Part shown: positions 1-12,637 of the stretch, one piece after another
Layout of the letters: the number at the start of each line of letters is the position of its first letter
Position numbering within the stretch: position 1 is the first letter of the stretch
Assembly (NCBI GenBank): GCA_037379345.1
Contig: CM074515.1
Span: 42,475,743 to 42,539,742, forward strand
Origin: Perna viridis
Lineage: Eukaryota
DNA: 64,000 nucleotides
Direction: 5' to 3'
Position numbers and translations under genes: made by a program
The notes under the pieces: generated by a model
Seen by the model: only the letters and a program-made list of their open reading frames with translations
Told to the model about the DNA's origin: nothing
The model's database searches: none

Positions 1-1260
1 CAATAGAAGCGACCACTTGATGTTTATGACAGTCTGTAGGGCTAATGGTCTCATGTGTTACATAAAGAAGAGACCACTGGGTGTCTATGTGTCCATTAGA
101 TATTTATGAGAGTATGGGGTTCCTGGTCTCATGTCTTATATCATAGAAGAGACCATTTGGTTTTTTGAAAGTCTATGGGGTTCCTGGTTTCAAAGAGTTC
201 GATGCATGTTTTAGTCTATGGGGTGCATGGGCTTATGTCTTTTATCAAAGAGACCATTGAGTGTTTATGACAGTCTATGGGGTTCCTAGTGACATGTGTT
301 ACACAATAGAGATCATTGGGCATTCATGACAGTCTACGGAGTTTATGGTCTCATGTCTTAAATCAAAGAAGTGACCACTGAGTGTCTATGACAGACTATG
401 GTGTTCATGGTCTCTATATCATAGAAGAGACCATTGGGTATATATGACAGTCTCTGTGGTTCATGGTCTCATGTCTTTTATCAAAGAGACCATGAGTGTT
501 TATGACAGTCTATAGGGTTCCTGGTCACATGTGTTATATCATAGAAGAGACCATGGGGTGTTTATGACAGCCTTTGTGGTTCATGGTCTCATGTCTTATC
601 AAAGAAGAGACCATTGAGTGTTTTTGACAGTCTATAGGGTTCCTGGTCACATGTGTTATATCATAGAAGAGACTATTGAGTATTTATGACAGTCTTTGTG
701 GTTCATGGTCTCGCTTCATTTATCAAAGAGACCATTGAGTATTTAAGACAGTTTATGGGGTGCATGGTCTCATATTTTTTTCAGAGAAGAGACCATTGGG
801 TATTTATGACAGTCTATAAAGTTCATGGTCTCATGTGTTATACAATAGAAGAGACCACTTGGTATTTATAACAGTCTATAAGGTGCATGGTCTCATGTGT
901 GAAACCAATGAAGAGACCACTTGGTGTTTATGACAACTATGGGGTTCATGGTCTTATGTCTAATATCATAGAAAAGACTATTGAGGGTTTATGAGTCTAT
1001 GGGGTTGATGGTCTCATATCTTTTATCAAAGAAGAGACCATTGAGTGTTTATGACAGTCCGTGAGGTTCGTGGTCTCATGTGTTAAATCATAGAAGAGAC
1101 CTTTGGGTATTTATGACAGTATGTGGGATTTATGGTCTCATGTGTTATTCAATAGAAGAGACCACTTGGTGTCTATGGGATTCCTGGTATGGTCTCATTT
1201 TTATATCATAGAAGATACAATTGGGTGATTGACGGTGTATAGGGTTCATGGTCTCATGTA
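1..1260. repeat. ~62-bp tandem satellite array, truncated by the window start
   Basis: About 20 diverged copies of TCATAGAAGAGACCATTGRGTGTTTATGACAGTCTATGGGGTTCATGGTCTCATGTSTTATA; the ORF at 686-871 lies inside it. Confidence 0.95.
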
Positions 1261-3627
1261 TATCATTAGCTGGGTCACCTGAAAATTGTCCTGTCAGATT
1301 AAGAGATCTACTGCTTTGCCACTTTAAAAGGGCATGCCACGGATATGCCCCTGTCTGAATTCAAGCTGGCAATTCCCCCTTATCTAATCCTTTTTTGGGA
1401 ATCGATGCTAGAGCCTCGTTGCTTGAGATATTTTTTTAACCACTTATGACCTAAAAAATATATATTCGAGAAGGCCCGAATGCCTCCGTATCTTACCCTT
1501 TTAAATTGCTTAGTGTCTGTTCATTGCTATGTCAAAATGACCGTTGTTTTTTTTACATGCAATTTTTTTCCAAATGTTTTTTTCTTTTACAATGATGACA
1601 AATCGAATCAGCTCCTCATTCGACTGACAGTTGTAGACCATGCTAGTTGTCAAAGTGAAAGTAGTTTCCATTCGGAGCCTGTACAAGTACCGAGCGTTCC
1701 GAGTAAGCTAGAAGATACCACGGTCTCATCAATGGTTTTGTACTGTAGATGTACCGCCTCTGACAGTGGGAATGCCGCTGACAGGAGAGTTCCACTTACT
1801 GGTCACGCGGGAAAGGGGGAGATATGTAATTTTCATTTTTGGTTTTCTTGTAAAGAAACCGGAAGTGAATATGCTTGCTGAAGAAGCATAAAATACACCC
1901 TTTTCACAGAATTAATCGCTAAAATATTTAAAAATAAATGTTTTTTCAAAGACTTAAGATATTTTTAGAGCAAAAACTCAACCTACAGCTGCAACGATTT
2001 GTCGGAACGATCATTTCAAAAAGGGGGACGTGATTATATTTTTTCAAGTTAGGAATGCCTCTGGGCTATATTTAACTGACACAATTGCATCCCCTGACCT
2101 TCTGGGGTCTGCTATTCAGCTAGGTCTGCATTACAAATAATAAATGAAAATCATGAAAAATGCACTTTTAAAAAGAAAATGTGGGAAGTGGGTTGTACTG
2201 GAGCTGTTGATCCAGAGATTTACAAAATTAAAGAAGGCCTTTTTTCTTCCTTTAAAGTATTTCTTCATTATACATTGAGATGTCAGAGTTTTCCCATCTC
2301 AGTTTGAATGAATGATGCTTTTTAATTACTTTCCATCAGTATGACCAAATCAGAGCTTTCAAAGCATGAACTAAATATTCTCCAAAAAAACCAACACACT
2401 CACACAAACAAAGAATATGAGTACTTGTTGACATCCAACTGTACTGTAGAAATTGGTCATTCTTTTATAATATTCATTATTATGCATATAAAACTACTGC
2501 ATAATTACATTTTATCAGTCAATAGATACTTTTTCTACTAATTTATGGGATTTAAAGATACATGTATTACACAATGTTAGACATTAATTTTCTGAAGGTA
2601 GTATATAAGAAAGGGAAATAATTTTCTGTAAAAGACTTTCTTGGATATTTGTTCCTTCCAATGTAGGTCCATATTTGTAATAAATAAAGATATCAAAATA
2701 AAAATTATATTAGTTCTGTATAAAATGTAATGCATAACTGTCAAATTGGTGAAATATTTAGACAGAGTATGTTTATTCTTTCAGGAAAGTGAATTTTCTT
2801 TGTGAAAAGGATAGCTACTCTTCAACAATTATTTTGATATGTTGGCATGTAGCATCAATACCAGTAACCCCAGATTGCCAAATACCACACAAATGTCAAA
2901 ATAATAATAATAATAATAATAATAATAATTAAGGTTGACTTGTGCATACATGCACATTTGTATTTGAAAAACAGCATTCAACATTCATACAATATAAGAA
3001 GTGTCTCAATGTCAGAAATTTAAAATATGGACTTGTGTGATTAACAAAACCAAACGACACAGAATTATGTTCTAAAGCCGAAAATACAACCATGAATCTG
3101 TATTAAACCTTAGCATGTGGAACCTGAGCGAACTATGACTGCTCCTTTTCAATTTACAATTGGAGATGCCAATAATTTCCTTAAATTAACTTTTGTTTTA
3201 TCTTGTTCTTAAATATTCATGTTACAAACGAGGAAATAAATCACGGCAAGTATTGAATTTTTATACACGAGACTTCAATACATTTGTAATTTCATTGTTT
3301 CTGAAAAAATGTAACTACAATAATCCCATCTGTCAGTTTTTATTTAATGCATGTTCATGTAGATAAAACATTTTAATAAAATGGCAATAAAATCAGAAAT
3401 ATAATAGCAAAATAAAATAAATACAGGCTGAATATTTTGTATATTTTGAATATTTTGGATTTCTTTGGTATTAAAGAAGCCTGTATATTTGTTAGAATAA
3501 AGTACATACATCAGCCAACAGAATCTCAAATATCCACCTTTTGTGTACAAAGGAAGATAGAAACCAGTTAAATACCAAAGATACTACTGTCAACATTCAG
3601 TTGTCTGATTTACAACAAAGAAAACCC

Positions 3628-3659
<32 letters not shown>

Positions 3660-5029
3660 CTCATCCATTGTGCCTAGCCGTCAAAATGGCCGTCAAAATC
3701 CGAGTTATATTTCGGCCATATTTGGAGTTAAATAGAATTATGATGGGTGTTCGAGAGACTACATACACACCTTGCTGTCCTACTTATGGTCGTACTTTGT
3801 AAAAAAACAATCCCGGGGATACAATTGTGTCAATTATTTCGGACAGTGGTATTTACCCGCCATATTTTTTTCCTTAACTCTCGCCGACGAAGCGCCTGAC
3901 TATCCAGGTAAATTTTGAAGAAATTGGGCATAGAAAAATGTTGGCAGTATGTTAGTCACCTCGAAAAATATGTTTTCTTATACAAATCGGTTTATCTGGA
4001 TCTAAATTATCATAATTTATCACAAAACAACACAATTATCAGAGCCGCACGATGTAAACAAAAATCAACTGCCAAGACGATACTAACGCCACCACGAAAG
4101 AATCGGTGACGGACTGATCTTTCCGGTGGACAAAAAAATGACTACTTTTCTACTGCCACCGAACGCGACGCTCCGACTGTGAAGCACGAATGGCTAAAAA
4201 TTATTCCTCGGAAAGTGATGTAGGTTGTTAAGAGGTTATGTTCGGACATTCAATTCAAGTCTACGCAAAGAACAGTCTCGTGTATAGGGTATGTAAGTCT
4301 CGTCATGTGACTCCGTGATTTCATGAAAATGGGTCCTCATCTCCCATTCAAATGCATAGAGATTCGTCATTAACATAACATTGAGTTCAATGTTAAAAGC
4401 AAAATATATTTTGGTGAAAAAATACTGATAGAAAATGACAAATATCTTGTTCTACTGAATAAAAATGTTAAGAAAAGCATAGAAATAGAAAATTTTGCAT
4501 AGTGATACAGCGTTTTCATTTCCCGGAAGTGAACAATGAAATGCAGACCGGCCTTCGGATTTCAATACGTTCTACATCTAAAATTCCGGAAGGGAAACTG
4601 AAACTAGAACGAGACTTGCAAACCCTATTCCCGTCAGTCGAGACAACAGTGATATAATATGACAACATAGCGTTGCATTATCCACAAATAACAACAAATT
4701 ATGATTGATAACCACAAATGGGCAAATCAGCTAGAGTATGATAAAAAAAAATGAAATGAATCATTGATGTATTGAAGACGAGTGGATGTTTTCAATGATA
4801 AAAAATTAGCCATTATAAGTTTATGTCCCCATTGAGCGTATGTTGTTTCTTTCTGTCTCCACTTTTTGTGCTTAGTCTTTGTATTATGACCTATGAATTA
4901 ATATGCTTCTGTTTTATATGTTGTTTACATGTACGTAACATTTCAACCACAAAACCAAGAAAATCTTTACCTAAACAGTTAAAATTGTCTTGACAGTACC
5001 CCTTTTGGAGTTTAAAATTGGTTCTGATA

Positions 5030-5310
5030 AGACAGGTGTTCGGTTTAGACAGGTGTTTGGTTTAGACAGGTGTTTGGTTTAGACAGGTGTTCGATTTAGA
5101 CAGGTATTTGGTTTTGACAAGTGTTTGATTTAGACAGATGTTTGGTTTAGACAGGTGTTTGGATTAGAAGGTATTCGGTTTTGACAGGTTTTAGATTTAG
5201 ACAGGTGACGGTTTAGCAAGGTTCAAATTAGAATTAAATTGCTGTAAAAAGTGTCTGGTTTAGACAGGTTTTCATATCATCATGGTTCGGCTCAGACAGG
5301 TTCACTGTAT
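5030..5310 (-). repeat. 17-bp minisatellite (GGTTTAGACAGGTGTTY) within the end of a Tc1/pogo-like MITE
   Basis: About 11 tandem units at 5030-5220; the region ends in ...CAGACAGGTTCACTG-TA, the reverse complement of the TA-CAGTGAAACCT(G/T)TCTAAACC terminus seen at 43223. Confidence 0.8.
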
Positions 5311-6080
5311 TACACCCACAAAACATTCTGCTTGTATTATATGTAATTACACGTAGGAGAGGGGATAAAAGCAATTCATTCAATGCAAAAAAAAAACGAA
5401 CGTTCGTGCGAAGTTTATAAATATAAGCCCTGCTTTAAATAGCAGTACAGCAATTCCATGCGTTGAATGTTACAAATTTTAAATAACAAAAAAACATTTT
5501 ACCGCCTACACGCTACTTTACTCTGCAAAAAATGTTTATAAAATAAATTATTTTGACTTCCTTTAACCTTTGGCAAGCACTTCACTACAAATCAATCAGA
5601 TTACTTATCGTAAACCGCTAATGTATTTGCTTTTATTATTACTGAATATTAATCTTTTTAATTACAAATATTTAAAGCAGTTTATTTAATGGTACTCTTA
5701 TGTATCAATTATTGCTGGGTAAGTCATGAAGCTTTGAAAGGTAAACTGCACGTGTCCGCTTGATTTTTTTTTTCATCGTTTAAAATTCCTATACCATGGG
5801 CACAATGAGTACCCAGATAACCATTTAGAAAATGGCGACTTTCGTGAACAAAACTTTTAATATGGGGTAGGCATTGCCTAATTCAGCGAGCACCGTCAGC
5901 CTTACCATACATGTACCGTCTGTGCGAGACTCGTAAAAATAATAAAGGTCATTACAAGAAGGGGGGGTCGACCCGGATGAAATTTTTTTGCTTCGCAAGT
6001 GCAAATTAAGATAGGCTATTAAGTAATTTAAATAGCTCTGTAGGTAGAAATCTGCCCTACAATATACCAATGTGTCCCGT

Positions 6081-7301
6081 TTAAAGCTGCATTAGCTGTC
6101 ATTTTAGAAATTTTTTTTATGCCCCGTGCAGGTCCGGATATTAAAAGAATAGGCTTGCAGCAGCGCTAAGCTTGTCGAAAAAGGCAACTAAATAGTGCTC
6201 GAAACCTAGCCGGGGGCTAGGTGCTCTGCCCACAGAGCAACTGGGATGTGTGCCCCAGGTGGTGGAATGGGGTACCCCTGGCATGTTACATGCTGGGGTT
6301 GTCAGGCTACAATACGGAAAACCTGACAGCAAACCATAGTGGTGCACCGTGCTGTGGTATTCGATAGGAGTAGGAACTTTTGCGCTCCGCCACAGGAGGC
6401 TAAATTGCCCGACCTTACCCACCCCCTTTTTCTAGTGGCAATCAAAATTTGTCGACTCTATTATCCTTGTGTCCCATCCTTTTTTTTCATTTTGTCATCG
6501 TTTCATGTTCATTTTATCATCCTTTTCATGTTCATCGTCTGAATATAGCTGAAATATTGCTGCTCGGACGTTAAACCCCAACAAACAAACAAACGTAATT
6601 TTTTAAACATACATTTACTTTGAATTATTTCTACTAATTTGTACTTTTCTTGTACAATTTCTTTTGATATTCACAAATAAAATACATTAAATACATGAAA
6701 TAGGTGTCTATATATTTATTGTCTTGCAAGACAAAAAATCGACCTAGATAAGTTCGTATGCATGTGACTTCTGGTGACCTTAATCCGCGCATGTGCTGCA
6801 AGGGTCGCTTCTTTAATAACAAAATCTGATTGCAAAGCGGAAGTGGTTATTTACGCCAAGGAAGACCGACGGACTCAAGTCGTAAAAGAAAAAAGCTCGA
6901 ACATAACCCAAGGATCCTTTTGAAATTTACGTACTGTGATATAATGCGGTTCAAATATGGTCATCATTTATTTGAAAACAAATCAAGAAATAAATGAAAT
7001 GAAATGAAATAAAAACAAGACACGTACTTACCTGTGTATCTGCTGTTGTTATTTTTTTACCATGGTTAAAGTATTTTAACCCTGGTGAATGTCCTGTCGG
7101 CAATCTTCGGAAGTAATGGCGAAAAATAATTAGATCAGACCTATCGATCTTCTCTGATTAAAAAAACGCTGTTTTTACAATATTCTGTAGGTATTATCAA
7201 CATTTATTGCTCCAATTGCATTACTACAAACTTATTTCATTGAATCAGCAAAATTAAGTAGAATCAAAACTGAACAAATTTGGCAGCTAATGCAGGTTTA
7301 A
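6081..7301. mobile_element. Non-autonomous TTAA-flanked DNA transposon (Kolobok-like)
   Basis: TTAA at 6081-6084 and 7298-7301; 17-bp TIRs AGCTGCATTAGCTGTCA (6085) and TGGCAGCTAATGCAGGT (7281-7297), 15/17 complementary; TTAA TSD with purine termini fits Kolobok. Confidence 0.65.
6121..6594 (+). mobile_element. SINE-like non-autonomous retroelement, copy 1
   Basis: Colinear with 23243-23761 (-); starts GCCCCGTGC; ends GAATATAGCTGAAATATTGCTGCTCGGACGTTAAA plus (AAAC)n tail; carries a ~41-bp internal deletion relative to copy 2. Confidence 0.85.
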
Positions 7302-8595
7302 CTTCTAGTTAACTCCTGTGTGATCTTCAGACACTCCCTTTTAAGTTTGAATAGCTTTCAACTACATGTATAATGACCTTAACGAGTTCTGTGCCACATA
7401 CTACTTTGTGGCGACCATCCGGTCCATATATTGCCATATGACCCTCAGTATCATGAACTACATGTTTTTGCTATATAACGAGTTTTATTGGCATGCAGTT
7501 TATTAAACAATATCATATTGCTTTCCTGAATTTTTTTTCAATATTTTGCCTAAAATTTAGGATCTTGTATTTCGAATTAACATCGCACTAAAATTGCACC
7601 CTATCATCTTTTCCGATTATGGCACTAACGAGTAATGTTATATAATTATGATGTTTTAGCCCTCAATGGCCTGCAATGGACTTATCGGAACAGATTTGCA
7701 CAAAATACGGTTATTTCCAAAATATGCAAATTTATTAGAAAATTGTTCTTTACAACATCGCCTTCCATACAATTCATGTTCTTTACTTTCAGCTTCTTTT
7801 TATATACACTACGAACACTCGGTGCACGTTCAAAGTATTTTAGAATTAATTTAAAAGGCTATGCACTTAATTAATGCCGGTGAACTCAATGCGCCCCAAG
7901 ATTAATCCGCGAATTAACAAGTCCCAACGCTAATAAATGTAAAATTTATGGCATGCACTCGTTTCACATCAAGGTTTATGAAATATTTTATTAACTTATT
8001 TATTGTAGATCTATATTTTAAGGTATTAAGATCGCTATCGCGGCCTCACGTTACATTCCTCAAGTATTTGAAACAGTTTTGATAGGGTCATGAACGAACA
8101 GTTGATCAACATATCATTCTGTGCAAAAATCAGACATTCTATTTTATTTCATTTATAATCATACTATTCCATGTTGTATTAAACTTTCAAGTGTATTGCC
8201 GCAGAGCCGAGATAAAATGTTACTATATACTATCATTTTATTGAACGCCTCTTGGAATACCGTCTCTCTCCGAATATGATATTTTTGCATCTCAACTCAA
8301 ATATGAAGAGGCACTCGAACCAAGGAAGCATATGGGGTATCTGATTTTTGTACTGTAGGTCGGAATACTTAAAATTAATTTTCTTTTTTCCAGAGCCAGT
8401 CGAACTTCAAATTATTTTTTTTAGATTTTCAATGCATTCAAATTAAACGCATCTACTTCCCTTTCAATGTTTAAAGAATTCGCTTCGATTTTTTTGTAGA
8501 AATTGAAAACAAAATCTTGAAACTTAAATCGTATTAAAAGGTTCTACTATCGCTACATAGTTTAATACTTAAAGGCAAATCTATTTTACCCTTTT

Positions 8596-8597
<2 letters not shown>

Positions 8598-8644
<47 letters not shown>
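8598..8644. repeat. (CA)n microsatellite
   Basis: Perfect CA run seen directly. Confidence 0.98.
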
Positions 8645-8645
<1 letters not shown>

Positions 8646-9949
8646 TATAAAAAGAAAAAAAATGTTTTTAAGTCGAGTGGCCTACAATTTTATATCGAGA
8701 AAAAAAAGGCATATTTATTATTTAAATGTGAATATTTTATTGCTAAATACAATCATTGTAGATGACCTTTATATATTTCTATTAATGTATTGTAATAACA
8801 TACAAATTTTGATATTTTGATATAATCTAAAAAAATATTATAGTGTGCATTTATTATTGGCTCTGTTCTGACTGTGATATATGTGGTTTGAACTGTATAC
8901 AGTAATCTTATAAGTTATCGCGTTGAGATTTGTTATTGGGAAAAAATGCGACTTACTTAATATCGAAAAATTGAAATTCGCATTTCGGAAGTTTAAACGT
9001 GCATTACTAATGTGTTTTTACTAAAATGAACAGAAATTGCAATGAAAAGTGCACGCAATAATATCCGAATTTACAGAATATACCTCCAACGACATACTAA
9101 ATCATGTGTTATCTGATTGCAACATTGCTCGAAGAGTCCTTAATTGGAAATATAAAAAAATCAAATTTGTATTCTATAGGATGCAATGATGTAATAAATC
9201 CGTAATTATTCCAATTTAATGCTCAAAATATACACGATACTTTCTTGACCCAAGCCTACAGGACTGCTTAAATTTTACTATAACCTGTACATCAAGTGAA
9301 ATCCTAAAGTTAAAAATCCATGATTTTTATGGTGAATACTAAAAATTTGTAATTAAAAAATAGAATACGTCTAGAAGATTAAAGCGTGAAAATTAATAAT
9401 TAGCCTCGTGGTAACTGTGAACTGAATGAACATCCTTTCATGTTTACTATTTTAATAAGCTAATATTGCTTTAAAACAACCCGGCTAGGAGGTAATTCAA
9501 TTACCCTAATATTACCAATGCAGAGCCTATTCGAGTCGCCCTTTTAAATGATTATGTAAATATTCTTAAACAAGACAGATATGTGACTTATCACGAAAGA
9601 TGAGACTATTGTGTCAGCAATACCTCCATTTTTAAAAATCTTACTGCAGGTCGTTAAGTCCATTTCCATTCTTCATACAATTTATATGTTTGTTGTATCT
9701 CGGCATACTACAAAACATAGAATGGGTTCATGGAATGGAATGGTGTAAACCGTGATAGGAAGAAATGTTGGTTAAGACTAGAAACTGCAGATCGGTAATA
9801 TTTTCCGAAGCTAAAAGGTGACAACATGAAAATCAAAGTTTTGTACTTTTTGCAATTTTATTAGTATAATAATTTAATAATTTCCTGCACAATACTTTTT
9901 TTTCAATTCGGTTTTCCAACGAGCAGCGCTTATATGAAGGATTAAACAT

Positions 9950-10215
9950 TTTCCCGACGCAGTCGGTATAGTTTCGCTTTTTCACTGTTTGACTTTAAAG
10001 ACGCTCTTCTATGGAAACGCAAGTAACCTGATCGCAATTCTTTTCCCCGAATGACCAAGTACTGATAACTTAGTGGCGTTCGAAAAAGAACTGTATCGAA
10101 AATTGGAATTGCGTGCCATGTGGTATTTTCTTGAATGAAATGTAGAAGATCATAAATAAAAAGAACAAAATTTTACTGCGTCGGCCATTTTCTTAAAGAT
10201 AGTACTTGTTTTCAT
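9950..10215. mobile_element. Dispersed ~265-bp repeat (MITE-like), copy 1
   Basis: Clear homology to 61031-61296; internal inverted 10-mers CCGACGCAGT (9954) and ACTGCGTCGG (10175). Confidence 0.75.
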
Positions 10216-10424
10216 ATGCATTCGCTTTATTGAAAAATTTCTGTGTATGCTGTGTAGGGTGGCTAATGGGGGATTGCAAAATATGCAATACTAGTACAAT
10301 TATGTAAACGCGGGTTATTAACAAATCAAAAGTCGCATTTGGTAAGATACATTAAATGTTTAAAAGTACTTTACGTTCATCGTAAAAGATATTGTCACAT
10401 GCGAAAACTTGAGGTGTGAGGTAT

Positions 10425-10555
10425 TTAGTGCTCTTTATTTTCCGCCCGTCCTTGTGTTTGCTGTCCCAAGATTTATACCGAAACCGCGCAATGGGTTTCT
10501 ATGAAACTTACACACATTCTTCATCATATGCCATTGTGTATCTCCTTTAATCATT
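10425..10555. mobile_element. Probable Helentron-associated (HINE/DINE-like) fragment
   Basis: CCGCCCGTCC-type microsatellite seed followed by ...ATGAAACTTACACAC..., resembling bivalve HINE bodies; recognised by resemblance only. Confidence 0.35.
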
Positions 10556-11563
10556 TTCGTTCCCATTAGAATAACTGGTGGGGATCTTGCATTATGAAAA
10601 AGGTAAACTTTATCGTTGGTTGACAAGGGGTGCCATCCTTTAATCCACTAATCATCGGAAAACGCTAAATAGAATTCGATGAAAATTCTTGTTTTGCAGT
10701 TCCATATGAATAATATTTGGGGTTTCCTTTGTGGTTTCTGGGAACGTAAACTGTGGTTATCACTTAGGGATCATTGCTCACAGTTTTTTTCTAATTCATA
10801 ATATTGTTTATGGGCTTTAACTTTGTATCGTATGAAAATTTGAAGACAATGGAAAATTATATCACTAATCTAAAACCAATATCATGCGCAGAGAGTATAA
10901 TGTGTTCAATATTCCAAAACTTTAAGATGCGGAGTCTAGAAAAAGGCCAAATATGCGTATTATGTTACCGTACATGAATTGCACAAAAATGTCCATGCTT
11001 TATAATGTACCCTTGTTGAAAAGAACTATACCAGCATAATAATAACTACTGTACTCATGTAAAGTGAAAAGTTGTACAATACATGAAATGTCGGAGGAAA
11101 GAAAGTCTTTGATATAAGTAGCCCAAACAATGCCCTGATGGACCATTTCAAAATGAAAGGATTGATTCCCATTTTGTAATATAATATAACTAGGATTATT
11201 TCTTTTTATGTTCTTAAATGTACCACGTTGCATAATATCGAATATAATTTGTGTTCAGTAAATAAAACACTTTTTTAAAAAAAATTGTAATGGTTTTTAC
11301 TTTCGTAATCTATAGAAAATGCCGTGATATACAAAGATTTGCCTTCATAACCGTGTAAAATATGGAATAAGTGAAATTCAGTATGAAAAAAAGCAGAGTA
11401 TTTACATGTCAAAATTTCCGTAGTTTCTTTTTTTAGACAGAACTATACCGAAAGAATGGAATATATCGGTTAATATAAAATCAATCAAATTGATTGATTT
11501 TCCAATGTCGTACAACACTCATTACACTTTCACATGTCGACATGTTTTCTATGCTTATCACAG

Positions 11564-11684
11564 AAAAAGGTGAACAAGCCACTGATCTACAATCTTATGA
11601 ATGCACGACTGCTGTGACCGAATTTGGTCCCTGGCATTCCGTTGTTGGTTACCTATATTCTGACTTTGCATATGCACCGAGATC
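11564..11684 (+). CDS. Candidate internal exon of an unidentified gene (xKGEQATDLQSYECTTAVTEFGPWHSVVGYLYSDFAYAPRS)
   Basis: Pyrimidine-rich acceptor TTTTCTATGCTTATCACAG, consensus donor GTGAGT at 11685, only one frame open, raised GC; phase 1 in, phase 2 out; no family recognised. Confidence 0.35.
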
Positions 11685-12637
11685 GTGAGTAACGGTGTAT
11701 TCTCATATCTATCAGGATTTAACTTAGAATGCTTTCCTTTTCCCCGTGACAACGTTATACATACAAAAATGAAGCTCTTGGTCTTATCAAGAACATTATT
11801 ATATATTTTTAGTACATCCAACAATTTATCAAGGAAAATGGCAAACATTTGGTATTTACTTATGCTGATAAGGTATTTATAAGTTGTTTGGCTTTTTTTT
11901 CAAGGTTGACGAAAGTTAATCAAGTACAGCTTATTAATATACATGGTTTGAGAGCCTAATTCTAAGTTCAACAGCACCAGTCGGCATAAATTTCATATTT
12001 CGTCATTACACTTTTCATTCCTGCTGAACGACTGAACCTGAATTAACCTAAGATTTGACATATTCCGTAAAGTTTGACACTTATTATTGGGTCTTAGTTA
12101 AAACATTGTATATGAAAACTCAAATAGTAAGCGTTAAAATCGTATGGTTACGTTTTTTCTTTCTTAAAATCGACGTGTTTCGGGATCACGAATGCGTTTT
12201 AAAAATTACAGTACCGTCGAATATGCTATAGTAGTCATAAACATGATTCATTTACATGCGTAATTATTGCAATATTTTGTGTTATCATAATTATGTGGAA
12301 AGAAGGAATTGTCTGATGATGCCTTTTAGACCTAAGTTTTCTTCTTCTTGACTTCAAGTCGAAAAAAATCCACATTTTACTTGTCCTTATTTTATGGGAT
12401 TAAGAAAATGTGTGATAAGGGAACATAACTGGTACACTCTTTGATGCCCACCCAATAGTAACTGTTTCTCAATGCTTCCACATTTAAGCATTGGTGTGAA
12501 ATTTCACTAAATTTCTTCTTGCGTTCAGAAAGTTTTATTTTAATAATTCAGGTGTGCTTGAATAAGACTTAGTATGAATTTCTCAAACAAGACTACAGTG
12601 CTGTTTTCTGTTTCTTTGTGCTATGAATGATTTTTTT

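Noticed and set aside
1-1260. CRISPR-like array (palindromic repeats at a regular period)
   Set aside because: The intervening sequence is homologous between units, so there are no unique spacers; no cas genes; eukaryotic context
1480-1881. 133-aa ORF
   Set aside because: TFFFF-type low-complexity N-terminal half, no recognisable domain, no consistent splice signals
6121-6240. Assignment of the SINE head to the HDV-like or pistol ribozyme class
   Set aside because: Only partial resemblance (CUAA linker; GUCG..CGAC-UAAAUAG); the required helix order and conserved L3/P1.1 or P3 elements could not be assigned
7020-7130. Minus-strand exon ending CAG|GTAAGT at 7030
   Set aside because: Lies inside the TTAA-flanked element; more likely a transposon remnant or chance, and no partner exon was found
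9650-9760. Signal-peptide-like exon (FFIQFICLLYLGILQNIEWVHG)
   Set aside because: Available donors create stop codons when joined to the downstream candidate exons
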